A stretch of DNA of 64,000 nucleotides from Planctomycetota bacterium. Its GTDB lineage: Bacteria > Planctomycetota > UBA8108 > SXIK01. Under the pieces are notes generated by a model. The model had not been told where the DNA came from. It ran no database searches and was given only the letters and a program-made list of their open reading frames with translations. This document shows, in pieces, positions 29,501-38,440 of the stretch. The translations under genes and the position numbers were made by a program. How positions within the stretch are numbered: the first letter of the stretch is position 1; each line of letters starts with the position of its first letter. The stretch lies in assembly GCA_965223265.1 (NCBI GenBank), contig OZ244999.1:5280001-5344000 (forward strand), written 5' to 3'.

Positions 29501-31944
29501 AACCGATCGGAGAATTCGGCCGCCAGGAATTGTTGGTGCAAGGGATAGCGCGCGACGTTGTGGAAAAGCGGCGGGAGAAGCTGCGGGTCGTCGGGGTCCG
29601 CGGGAAGCAGGTACTTCGTCAACCGCTGGACGCCGCCCCCTTGAGCCGATGGGATTGAGATCGAGAGGAAATCGGCTGGCGTGCAGACGCCTTCAAGATA
29701 CGTCACGCCTGAGCGGGAGATGAACTGATTCTCGACAACGGTAATGTCGAGAGTGTCGTGGTTGAGGCTCACCAGGTCTCGGTCGGTGTCGCCGTCGAGA
29801 TCCCCAATGACCGCGAAGCGAGGTCCCAATCCGACGACGACATCGCGCACCAACTCGAACCGACCATCGCCGAGATTGACGACGACAGAGAGTGTTCCGT
29901 TCGCGCTGTTGGCCGTGACGACGTCGACGCGCCCATCACCGTTCACGTCGCCTGTCACCAGAGAATGAATCGAACTCTGTATGCTGGTCGTGTTGACGAG
30001 GGCAAAGTTCCCCGCCCCATCGCCCTGAAAAAAAGACAGCGATCCTCCTCCACCGCTCACGAGATCGAGATCATCATCGCCATCGAAGTCATCGACCGCC
30101 GCGAATCGAGCCCCGAGAGTGTCGAGATCGAATCGCTCGAAGCTTCTTCCGTCGCCTCGGTTCAAAAGCACGTTCAACTGCGAAGATCCGCCGCACGCGA
30201 CGATGAGGTCCTGGTCACCGTCGCCGTCCGCGTCCGTGCCCAGAAGCGACGCGGGACCGCTTCCGACGCGAATCGTCTCGGCATTTTCAAACCCATCGCC
30301 GCCGCGGTTCACCAAAAGAGAGATCGAATTGTTGTCGCGATTCGCCGTCACGAGGTCGTCGAGTCCGTCGCCTGTCGTGTCGACGGCTCGAACATATACG
30401 GGTCCTGCACCAACGCTATAGGAGGAAGTGCGAGTGAACGATCCACGACCGTCGCCCAGCAGAACATAAATCTGTCGCTCAGAGTCGCTCATCGCCGCGA
30501 CGTCGAGATGCCCGTCACCGTTCAGGTCGCTCACGGCCATCGAGAAAAGAGCATTGGCGTTGGTCCGAAAAATCTGATCTCGAGTCGGTGACTGAAAGTT
30601 CCCCTCGCCATCATTCGGCAGGTAGTAGAGGCTGGTGGTGCCGTCGATAACAAGCAGATCTTGATCCCCATCGCCGTCGACGTCAGCTAAGGCGCCCGAA
30701 TGCGGTTCTTGGCGGATCGTGACCGGCTCCTGAGATTCCAAGCTGACGAAATGCGCCCTCTCCGCATCACCATTCCACTCCACGGTAGCGAACGTGTGAC
30801 CGCGCCCGATGATCACGAGATCTTTGTCGTCATCACCGTCGAAATCCCCTTGCGCCGTAGCGATGGCGCCGATCTTACCCGCAATATCCTGGCGCGCACG
30901 CAGCGCACCGGCGCCATCGTTGAACATGACGTACGTACCCCCGGGAGTCCGAGTCCCCGCAAGCACGTCGACGTCGCCGTCAGCATCGAAGTCGCCGAAG
31001 TCAAGCTTCGCGACCCACTTCGAATTCACCCAAAAGGGGTCGAGCGGGCTGAATTCGAAGTTGCCTCTATTGACGAATGTTCTCACGTAATCATCGCCAA
31101 CGACGATCTCGGGAAGGCCGTCTCCCGTAAGGTCAGCGATGCCGACCGACTCGGGGTGAATGCCACCCACCGGCGTCGTTGCTACGACCTCGAACGTTCC
31201 ATCTCCGACGTTCGCGAGGACAGTGAAATCGTTGGAGGTTTGGTTCGCGGACACCGCATCCAAGTCGCCATCGGCGTCGACGTCGCCCAAGGCAAGTCGC
31301 ACAGGCAGATCACCGACCGGATAGCTCACCGGCTCTGACAGGCCTCCTCCAGGCTGGCTCATGAGAACGAGGACTAAGTCGTCCGACTGGTCCGTCAGGA
31401 CGACATCGTCGAGATCGTCGCCGTCGAGATCCCCGACGCCGAGTCCGAGTAGGTTCTCGTAAGGCACGAAAGCGGCGACCTCAAAATCGCCACCGCTGTT
31501 GATCAAAAGGCGCACGCCGTCGACAAAGGCGCCAACGAGATCGATGACTCCGTCGCCGTCAAAATCTCCACCGCCCCAAAGGTTACTTCGCACCTCAAAC
31601 TCGTAGCTTCTCGTGTCGAAATCGCCACCACCGCGATTGAAAAAAACGGTCAAGCCGCCGAGATAGCTCACCGCCATGTCGAGCGCACCGTCGTCGTCGA
31701 AGTCACCGGCGACGAGATCGCGGGCGGTAGCCCCGACTCTCAACCGGAGATTGGCGCCAAAGGTGAGTGGGGCGAACTCGCACTCGTCTGGGATCGAGTT
31801 GCCGTTACAGTCCTCGCTGTGGGCACTCATGACATCGTCAATGTCAGGAGTGCTGTTACCGTTGCAGTCGTCCTGCGCCACTAGGAATGACGGAAACAAA
31901 CAGCAAACCGTGACGCCGCACGCGCACCAAACAGCCAGTCTCAT
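26560..31944 (-). CDS. Secreted FG-GAP-repeat / phospho-His plus ATP-grasp dikinase-like / dockerin protein
   Basis: Signal peptide; DCNGN.PD repeats; 14 D.DGD..D repeats; LSHIAVR; GGKASNL; RSSSNAED..GAGLYDS; DIEFK..QVRP; C-terminal RGDVNSDG...ADVDDDG dockerin. Confidence 0.88.
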   Translation of the reverse strand: MRLAVWCACGVTVCCLFPSFLVAQDDCNGNSTPDIDDVMSAHSEDCNGNSIPDECEFAPLTFGANLRLRVGATARDLVAGDFDDDGALDMAVSYLGGLTVFFNRGGGDFDTRSYEFEVRSNLWGGGDFDGDGVIDLVGAFVDGVRLLINSGGDFEVAAFVPYENLLGLGVGDLDGDDLDDVVLTDQSDDLVLVLMSQPGGGLSEPVSYPVGDLPVRLALGDVDADGDLDAVSANQTSNDFTVLANVGDGTFEVVATTPVGGIHPESVGIADLTGDGLPEIVVGDDYVRTFVNRGNFEFSPLDPFWVNSKWVAKLDFGDFDADGDVDVLAGTRTPGGTYVMFNDGAGALRARQDIAGKIGAIATAQGDFDGDDDKDLVIIGRGHTFATVEWNGDAERAHFVSLESQEPVTIRQEPHSGALADVDGDGDQDLLVIDGTTSLYYLPNDGEGNFQSPTRDQIFRTNANALFSMAVSDLNGDGHLDVAAMSDSERQIYVLLGDGRGSFTRTSSYSVGAGPVYVRAVDTTGDGLDDLVTANRDNNSISLLVNRGGDGFENAETIRVGSGPASLLGTDADGDGDQDLIVACGGSSQLNVLLNRGDGRSFERFDLDTLGARFAAVDDFDGDDDLDLVSGGGGSLSFFQGDGAGNFALVNTTSIQSSIHSLVTGDVNGDGRVDVVTANSANGTLSVVVNLGDGRFELVRDVVVGLGPRFAVIGDLDGDTDRDLVSLNHDTLDITVVENQFISRSGVTYLEGVCTPADFLSISIPSAQGGGVQRLTKYLLPADPDDPQLLPPLFHNVARYPLHQQFLAAEFSDRFAVEFYSQLVGDRATRRYFSGAVFLLATPTGPLYGYNVLTNFDADPRELPTFEEVTAIHQQMLEAVTLRPLKYYPDARITRDHAATWPDTSFVYFESERPEVTFQAYTQGVGFGRVRVHTRASFEAANASGSISFQDILVLDHAPRDIEGVVGGVVTAEPQSDLSHIAVRTARRGTPNAFVREAARAFGPHDGELVRFEVRADDFNVDAATVAEAEAWWAESRPELSVLPEIDPDYQGLDRLEEIANHMDGALLESRFGGKASNLARLQAILDGPLGQYREVGFAIPVHYYLQFLRTGQIPSARDAAVLLTYDEYIDEVIAWPEFESDSQLRFTVLKQLRDHMRENGAVDAELVSALASRIESVFGSRDTVVRFRSSSNAEDALEFNGAGLYDSTSVCVLDDFDGDSSGPSLCDPTKKNERTIVRALKKVWASNWNFRAYEERAFFGMPQASTAMGLLVSRAFLDESANGVAFTGNPDQPLDNRYIVTGQVGEESVVSPEPGVVAEKNLLRVEDGVVVEIFRALPSTLVAAGETVLSDAQLREIGALLWHIDRDFPVTLGDYPRRQVLLDIEFKIESNGDLAVKQVRPFLRSSSVPPAPTFELDIPPGTVSCGVFVHSRSPQESLRLKSRVEFASGIHALPTETDAFFGELFADVRVGYEEGLAIPDGPGMFRWSAIPQGDAVRYLFRFEQDFRLPNGELYTLRLQNLEFRARGEQSLDSPLRFDEEFLTRSLALEGDRGLVARYSSCTYQTLPLWQVDVSAASGEHFRLLQRFEPPTDPTATGPASLVFADLDFGGDRKRQVIRYWDLVYGAIRHNRDVRYWAVLDPPVSLESLSEPVHVVEIVSGEPDLGIAAAVNYLGDDFQILGSLNGVSLTGELVESNGDDTRFIRGDVNSDGELNLSDAIDLVGQLFRGAPATECWKSADVDDDGIVDLADPIRLLLHLYAGAGPLAEPFGRCATDATPDSVPCLSHAICSADG

Positions 31945-32479
31945 TCAGAGTCCTCCTAGCCGCGATTGTACGTTGCGTCGGCGCACAATGCTCTGCTTCT
32001 CCCGACTGGAAACTGGAACGTGGCGCAGACGCTGCGACGGAAAGGGCGAATGAGGAGAAGTGAGAAGCGGGGCCCTTGCCGCTCGGGTCGCTGCGAGTGA
32101 CCAGCACTCAACAGCGTCGCTGTGTGCCGCTTTTTTGAAACCGCGGTAGGGCCCCGCCTCTGATCCTCGTTTCCTTCGACCCGGTGGGAGGTGGTCGAAC
32201 GGGGGGCGGGCGGGAGCGTGGCCAATGCCAGCGCCACGTAAGAGGAAACCACAAACGTGGACCGAGCGTAAAGTCGCCTGACCAAATGTCATTCGTCCGA
32301 ATGACAAGGCGTGCGAGAGCAGCGCGAGGCGCTTCGAGTGCTTCTCGGCGAGCCGGACGAGATCGGCGAACTGCTCCAGTTTTTGGGTTTGGACCAAGCC
32401 TCGATTGCGCGTAAGCTCGGCATTCTAACATTGCCCGAATCTAAGGAATGGTTGCCCCCCAACGGGGAAGGAGTTTCTC

Positions 32480-32923
32480 ATGCATGCGAAACGCCCAATC
32501 GACTCGCCGGCTGGCACGAGTGTCGACGAACAACTCCCCGCGAAACACGTTGAGCTCGTCGACGAAATCAATAGCGCGCTGGCGCGCTTCGTCGGTCAAC
32601 TCTCGGGCGCGCTAGCACCCACGGAGGCCACCGAGTCGGCGCCGAGCGATTCCGGCGACAATCCCGAAAGCGTCGCTTTGGCGCAAACGGAGACCGATGA
32701 CTTCGTGTATGTGTTGACACGTTTTCCGAAGAGTGCGCGTGGCGCGCTCAGTCCGCGCGAAAAGGAGATCGTCGCCCTCGTGGCGGAAGGCCTACCGAAC
32801 AAGATCATCGCGCTGCGACTTGGCATCAAACCTGCCAGTGTCGCGACGTACTTGCGCCGCGCTTATTCTAAGTTGAACACGAATTCGCGTGCCGTTCTCG
32901 CACTACGCAGCCTTCTCACCTGA
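32480..32923 (+). CDS. LuxR-type HTH regulator without a receiver domain
   Basis: LSPREKEIVALVAEGLPNKIIA.RLGI...V.TYL.R.Y.KL. Confidence 0.85.
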   Translation: MHAKRPIDSPAGTSVDEQLPAKHVELVDEINSALARFVGQLSGALAPTEATESAPSDSGDNPESVALAQTETDDFVYVLTRFPKSARGALSPREKEIVALVAEGLPNKIIALRLGIKPASVATYLRRAYSKLNTNSRAVLALRSLLT

Positions 32924-33526
32924 GCTGCCTGCAGCGCGGCCGCGCATGTAGATCGGCTCGAGTCCGGTCGGCTACCCACGCCGACGCGTATCGAGACGTC
33001 ACCGCTGGGTCGACGGCGGTTGATCTCTCCGCTGGCTGTCTAGGTTGCCGTTGAGTCGATTCGGCCGCATGTCCGCACATATTCTCGAGGACTGCGCCCA
33101 GTCGACCGGCCGGCGAGCCCCCCTTCTCCATGACTCTCCGCGCGAGAGAAGGTGAGCCTAGCGCTAGCGCACCTCAAGAAACGGGGCTCACTCAGCACGC
33201 AGTGGTGACGCGCGACGACTGCCGTCGTGGTCTGCCACAACGTCTACTTTTTGGACGGACGGGCACGCTGCGTTTGCACGAATTATCGGAGCATCGTAGC
33301 GTTCTGAAGAGGGAACGTCGAATGCACGCCTGGCGCTCTCAGCCCGCCTGGCATGTACTCAGGCAATGCGCCAGCAGGAGCTGCGCGCGTCGTCTTCTGC
33401 GCTCCTTCGCTCGCTCCCAGGGGACCCTGTTCGCAACTCTGCGACGTCGCATGCAACCGCCTGCGACGCGGTAGAACGAGTCTCTTGGAAGCCGCTTAGA
33501 CTCTCGAGCAACGGAGCCGAATTGTG

Positions 33527-33907
33527 ATGAAATTCTTGCCGCTCGTGTTGGCGTTTCTGCTACCATCTATGCCTCTCAGTGCCGTCATCAGCGACGACGA
33601 AGAACTACTTCGGCGCATAGGCATTGGCCGCCGAGGCGACGTCAACGGTGACAGCATCATCGATCTTGCGGACGCGCTCTCCCTGAGCGCCTATCTCTAC
33701 ATTGGCGACGAAGAACCGACCTGCTTGGCTCAAGCCGACATCAACGATGACGGCTCGATCGATGTCAGCGACGTGACGTTTCTTCTCAATTGGCTCTTTG
33801 TCGGCGGACCGCAGCCACCGGCACCAGGCCCCGACAATCTCGATTGTTTTCCCGACCCGACGCCGCCCTATTTCGGCTGTCAAGAACTCAACTGCCCCGA
33901 TGACTAA
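33527..33907 (+). CDS. Small secreted dockerin-only protein
   Basis: Signal peptide, then RRGDVNGD..C..ADINDDG..LF.GG..P..C.PDPT..C. Confidence 0.82.
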   Translation: MKFLPLVLAFLLPSMPLSAVISDDEELLRRIGIGRRGDVNGDSIIDLADALSLSAYLYIGDEEPTCLAQADINDDGSIDVSDVTFLLNWLFVGGPQPPAPGPDNLDCFPDPTPPYFGCQELNCPDD

Positions 33908-33949
33908 GACGCCTCTTCGACGCGAACCACAGCTTGCGCCGGTGTAGAC

Positions 33950-34744
33950 ATGCGACGCCATGGACCACTGCCAGCGGATTGGACCGTCGATTATCTCGAG
34001 CACGTCGACTTCGACAGATCTTTCGCCGCGCTGTCTGGCTGCGATCACTTTCACGCTGCGACGATGCGAGGCAGGATTCGCTCGCTTCAACTTGAAATCG
34101 ATGCGGCGAAGAATCACTTCAAGGAGGCCGTCGCTCTCGCCAGCCAGACCGAAGACGAGAGTTTGACCGATCTAAAGTATCGATTCCTCCTCAACGTTTT
34201 TCGCTTCGACCACCTCCTTCTTGAACAGCCAGTCTCACAAGGCACAGCGCTCCCTGACTCGTTAAAATCGCCGCGCGTTCCGCGCGTGCTGCGAGCTCAG
34301 CACCCCGATCTTCGATTCGCACTGAACCTTCGAGACCATGCCCACGCCGTGCTGCTGCTGCACGTCGGTGACTTCGAGGAAGCTGCCGACATGTGGCGTG
34401 CGTTGCTACGTGATAATCCAGACGTACCAGCGGACAAACACATCTTTTATCACGTCGGTCTGGCGGCGGCTCTCTTCAACCACGGCGACCGAGACAATGC
34501 GCTCCGTAGCGCGGAAAACGCCGGGTTGGCCGTTGCTTCAGCACGGCGCACATTCCATCGCGTCCACGGCGCGTCGCTCCTCCTCGCGCTCTATACCTTC
34601 CTCGGCGAGCCGGACGAGGCGGCAGATTGGCAGGCGTTTTTGGAACACCTTCAGTGCCCTCAACTCACGAAGGATCTTTTCCTTCGCCGCGCCGACGTGA
34701 TGTTGATTCGTTCGGAAGAGGCGTCCTCTCTGCTCCTGATCTAG
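33950..34744 (+). CDS. Hypothetical helical (TPR-like) protein
   Basis: 264 aa with Ala-rich helix pairs (GDFEEAADMW, GLAAALFNHGD..NA). Confidence 0.65.
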   Translation: MRRHGPLPADWTVDYLEHVDFDRSFAALSGCDHFHAATMRGRIRSLQLEIDAAKNHFKEAVALASQTEDESLTDLKYRFLLNVFRFDHLLLEQPVSQGTALPDSLKSPRVPRVLRAQHPDLRFALNLRDHAHAVLLLHVGDFEEAADMWRALLRDNPDVPADKHIFYHVGLAAALFNHGDRDNALRSAENAGLAVASARRTFHRVHGASLLLALYTFLGEPDEAADWQAFLEHLQCPQLTKDLFLRRADVMLIRSEEASSLLLI

Positions 34745-34852
34745 CCTCGAGTTTGGCCACTTCGCGTCGAGCCTGGGCGGGCGCATCCCAGCGTCGGTGT
34801 AGAAACTCAGGAGAGGTGCGGGTTAAGCTATCGCTTCCTGGGTTTTGACATT
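34745..34852 (+). repeat. Repeat family B left end plus a different internal hairpin
   Basis: CTAG|CCTCGAGTTTGGCCACTTCGCGTCGAGCCTGGG, then TGTAGAAACTCAGGAG pairing with CTTCCTGGGTTTTGACA. Confidence 0.65.
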
Positions 34853-34897
34853 TTCGACGACCGCCGCCGGGAAGTGCAGCTGCTGCCGAAAGCGCAA

Positions 34898-34931
34898 CAG
34901 CCTGCTTGAAAAAGTACTTCGAGCCGAGAAC
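34898..34931 (+). repeat. Repeat family A end fragment
   Basis: CAGCCTGCTTGAAAAAGTACTTCGAGCCGAGAAC. Confidence 0.7.
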
Positions 34932-34949
34932 AACGGAGTGATTTCGATC

Positions 34950-36926
34950 ATGCAGCACTATCGCCACGCCGCTCCTCGACAACTCTTCGCGTTGGTTTGG
35001 ATGAGTCTTACCGTCTCTCTTGCCACCACCGTGGTGAGTGCCCAAGACGCAGCGACCGACCTCGCTGTTGGCAGCATGGCGCCCGAGTTCGAGGTTCTGG
35101 ATGACTCCGGTCAACCCTGGCGATCGAGCGACTATGTCGGTCGCAAGATCGTCGTCGTTTACTTCTACCCGGCGGACATGACCGGCGGCTGCACGAAACA
35201 GGCCTGTGGCTTCAGAGATCGATCGGCCGATCTTTCGCGTCGCGATGTACTGGTCGTCGGCGTCAGCGGCGACTCGGTTAGGAACCACACACTGTTTAAG
35301 AGCGTCCACAGCCTCAACTTTCCGCTGCTCGCGGACGAGAACGGTGACGTCGCCCGCGCCTTCGGCGTCCCTATCAAAGACGGCGGCTCCATCACCCGGA
35401 CGATCGACGGTCGTGAACACATCCTGACGCGTGGCGTCACGATCGCTCGCTGGACGTTCGTCATCGACTACGACGGACGCATTGCCTACAAGAATGCCAA
35501 GGTGGACGCTGCGAACGACAGCGCCGCGGTGACAGCAGCGATCGACGCACTGCGAACTCGCGGTGCTTCACACTTCCGCTCGGATGGCGGGGTCGCAGTC
35601 GACGACGGTCACCCACTTCCCGCTACGTTCTCGCAGGAGAACACTGTGTGGCGGACGAAACTCGCGTCGGGTCACTCGACGCCTTGCATCTACGGCAGCC
35701 ACATTTTTCTCACCACCTACTCGCGACCCGAGCTCGCTACCGTGGCGCTCGATCGACGCAGCGGCGAGATCCGTTGGAAGCGCGTCGTCCCCAACGTGCG
35801 CCTTGAAGGCGTGCACCGTACCGGCAACCCGGCGTCGTGCACCGTGGCTTGCGATGGTGAACGGGTCTTCGCGTTCTTTGGGAGCTACGGTGTTCTCTGC
35901 TACAGCCTCGACGGTCAGCTCATCTGGTCGCGCCCCATGGGACCGTTCCAGGATGAATTCGGTGCCAACAGCTCGCCCGTGCTCGCTGGCGACAAGGTGA
36001 TCGTCAACCAGGATCACGACATCGGCAGTTTCCTAATGGCGCTGAACAAAGAGACCGGCGAGACCGCTTGGAAGACGCCGCGCGAAGGATTCACACGAAG
36101 CTACGCGACGCCCCTGGTTTGGGACAGCGGGGAAGGGACTCAGCTGATCGTCGGTGGCGCCCTGCAGCTGACGAGCTACGACCTCGAAACTGGCCGCCCG
36201 CTATGGTGGTGCGACGGCATGGCCCGCATCTACAGTACGACCCCGACGCTCGTCGACGGAGTCATTTACTCGGCGAGTTGGACGCCCGGTGGCGATCCCA
36301 CGGGTAGGATCTCGATGGAGCCGTGGTCCGAAGCGGCGAAGCAGTGGGATGCCGACAAAAGCGGCAAAATCGCGCGCGCAGAACTTTCGCCAGGTCCTGT
36401 CCTGCAGCGCTTCTATCGTATGGACCTCGATCAAGACGGCGCGCTCGACGAATCAGAGTGGAAGAAGTACGCCCAGGTCTTCGAGCGGGCGCAAAATGCG
36501 GTGCTCGCCATTCGAGCTGACGCCAGCGCCCGCGGCAATATCACGGACAGTCACGTTCTATGGAAGTACGAGCGCAACGTTCCGTTCGTTCCGAGTCCGC
36601 TCTTCTATCGTGGGGTTCTCTACGCGGTGAAAGATAGCGCGATCGTCACGAGCTTTGATGCTGGCAGCGGCGACGTCCTCAAACAAGGACGCGCCAAGGG
36701 TCTCGGCAACTACTACGCCTCCCCAGTGGCTGGCGACGGAAAAGTCTATGTCAGCAGCATGAATGGCGTCATCACGGTACTCAAGGCAGCGCCGCAGTGG
36801 GAAATCCTCGGCTCTCACGACTTTGGTGCCACGATCATGGCAACCCCGGCGATTCACGAGGGCAGGATTTACGTACGCACCGAGAACGAACTTGCTTGTT
36901 TTGCAGCGCAGGCGACTAGCGGATAG
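34950..36926 (+). CDS. Secreted BCP-type peroxiredoxin fused to a PQQ-like beta-propeller with EF-hand-like insert
   Basis: YFYPADMTGGCTKQACGFRD, then WRTKL..GHSTP, SSPV, YATP, YASPV repeats; DADKSG and DLDQDG loops. Confidence 0.85.
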   Translation: MQHYRHAAPRQLFALVWMSLTVSLATTVVSAQDAATDLAVGSMAPEFEVLDDSGQPWRSSDYVGRKIVVVYFYPADMTGGCTKQACGFRDRSADLSRRDVLVVGVSGDSVRNHTLFKSVHSLNFPLLADENGDVARAFGVPIKDGGSITRTIDGREHILTRGVTIARWTFVIDYDGRIAYKNAKVDAANDSAAVTAAIDALRTRGASHFRSDGGVAVDDGHPLPATFSQENTVWRTKLASGHSTPCIYGSHIFLTTYSRPELATVALDRRSGEIRWKRVVPNVRLEGVHRTGNPASCTVACDGERVFAFFGSYGVLCYSLDGQLIWSRPMGPFQDEFGANSSPVLAGDKVIVNQDHDIGSFLMALNKETGETAWKTPREGFTRSYATPLVWDSGEGTQLIVGGALQLTSYDLETGRPLWWCDGMARIYSTTPTLVDGVIYSASWTPGGDPTGRISMEPWSEAAKQWDADKSGKIARAELSPGPVLQRFYRMDLDQDGALDESEWKKYAQVFERAQNAVLAIRADASARGNITDSHVLWKYERNVPFVPSPLFYRGVLYAVKDSAIVTSFDAGSGDVLKQGRAKGLGNYYASPVAGDGKVYVSSMNGVITVLKAAPQWEILGSHDFGATIMATPAIHEGRIYVRTENELACFAAQATSG

Positions 36927-37061
36927 TCGCTCGAACGCTCGCATCGCACATAGTGACCAACCGAACAGCTGACTTCCTTTCAGTGGCCGCGGTCGGTACA
37001 TTGAACTCGAAGCTTCCGACGCCAGACGCACGCCATCAGGAAGTGAGGAGTTCGCCCCAAA

Positions 37062-38273
37062 ATGGCAAGTCGAATCCATCCACGCGCCGAGGAGCTCTCC
37101 CGCCACACGGTCATGCAACTGCGGGCGATGGCGCGCGAGCTCCAGATCAAGGGTCGCAGCCGCATGCGGAAGAAGGAGCTCGTCGCGGCACTGGCGCGGC
37201 ACGAGCGCGCGGAACTGGAGACAACAACGCCCCCTGGGTCGAAGCAAGCGCACCAACCAACCGAACCCGCTGCAGCTGTTCGCACTGCAGCGAACCGTGA
37301 ACGCGCGGGGCGCAGCGCGGCGCCTGGTCAGTCAAAGAAAGCTTCAAGACCCCGGGCAGAGCCGTCTCGACGACGAACGACCTCACCCAAGCCGTCGCCC
37401 ACCGGAGCTCGCCCTGCACCGTCGCCACCGCCGGCGTCGTCTCTGAGTCCATCACTGGATCCAAGTGCCTCGACCGAAGTCTCTGGCACGCCCCGCGGCG
37501 CGCGACGCGCCCGCAGCGAGCGCTCCGCGAGCGATCGTCTCGAGAACGCTGTCGCTTTCGCCCCGCTGAAAGATCACCTTTGCCTCGTCGCCGTCAACCC
37601 GCGGCGCGCTTACGTTTTTTGGGACGTTGACACGAAGACCGCGTCAGACTTTTGCTCGCGCCTTGGGTCCGACTGCGCACGCCTCCAGCTGCGGGTCTAC
37701 GGCGCCGCGAGCGGCGATCCAACATCCCATACCGAAAGCGCACCGCCACCGGCGAGCCATCCGGTCGAAGAGTTCGATGTCGACTCTCCTGCCGGTGCCC
37801 TCTACCTCGAGCTCGCCGCACCGGGCAGCTCGATCTTTTGCGAGCTTGGGCTACGCGCCAACGACGGCGGTTTTCACTCCCTCGCCGCATCGAACCGTAT
37901 CGTGCTTCCAGGTCTCGGCTACGAGCATAAAGAAGTTCAACGCGCCGTGAACACCAGCGACTCGCATCTCTGGAAGCCGCGCTGCGCGCCGTCGTCGACA
38001 CCGAGTGATCACGTCACCCTGGCGTCGACGGCCAATGCGGATGCCAGGAGCAGTGGGACGCCGGCTACGCCGCCGGCCAATTCCGTCGCCGAAGAACCTC
38101 TCGGGTGGCGCGCCGCGAGCAGAAGTTCCGTACCCGACGCCGAGGGGGCACCGCCCCGCAAGCCGCCGGACCGCCTCGTCGTAGGCATCAGCTCGGGCGA
38201 GCTCACCGCGGGGCATGAGATCGCAGCACAGCGCCAGGGTGAAAGCTCTTCGGATCTGGTCAATCGCAGCTAA
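37062..38273 (+). CDS. Rho-N-terminal domain plus DUF4912-like protein
   Basis: TVMQLRAMARELQIKGRSRMRKKEL; VNPRRAYVFWD...LRVY...ELG...SN. Confidence 0.75.
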   Translation: MASRIHPRAEELSRHTVMQLRAMARELQIKGRSRMRKKELVAALARHERAELETTTPPGSKQAHQPTEPAAAVRTAANRERAGRSAAPGQSKKASRPRAEPSRRRTTSPKPSPTGARPAPSPPPASSLSPSLDPSASTEVSGTPRGARRARSERSASDRLENAVAFAPLKDHLCLVAVNPRRAYVFWDVDTKTASDFCSRLGSDCARLQLRVYGAASGDPTSHTESAPPPASHPVEEFDVDSPAGALYLELAAPGSSIFCELGLRANDGGFHSLAASNRIVLPGLGYEHKEVQRAVNTSDSHLWKPRCAPSSTPSDHVTLASTANADARSSGTPATPPANSVAEEPLGWRAASRSSVPDAEGAPPRKPPDRLVVGISSGELTAGHEIAAQRQGESSSDLVNRS

Positions 38274-38440
38274 CTCGTTCGCTCTGCTTGCGATAGGATA
38301 ACGGATCGGCGATAATCCGACGAGGATCTGAAAGTTGGCGCGACCGCGATCCTCGTCGTGGTCTCGCGGCAGATCTGATCGCGGCTTGAGCGAACCGAGT
38401 GCCGCGAGAAAACGGCTCGATCCATCTCTCCAGGAAAATC

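Noticed and set aside
26560-31944. Annotation as ordinary PEP synthase/PPDK
   Set aside because: It has a signal peptide, a reversed domain order and no C-terminal PEP/pyruvate barrel.
31945-32431. ORFs between the giant gene and luxR
   Set aside because: No motifs and several overlapping frames; more likely a divergent promoter region.
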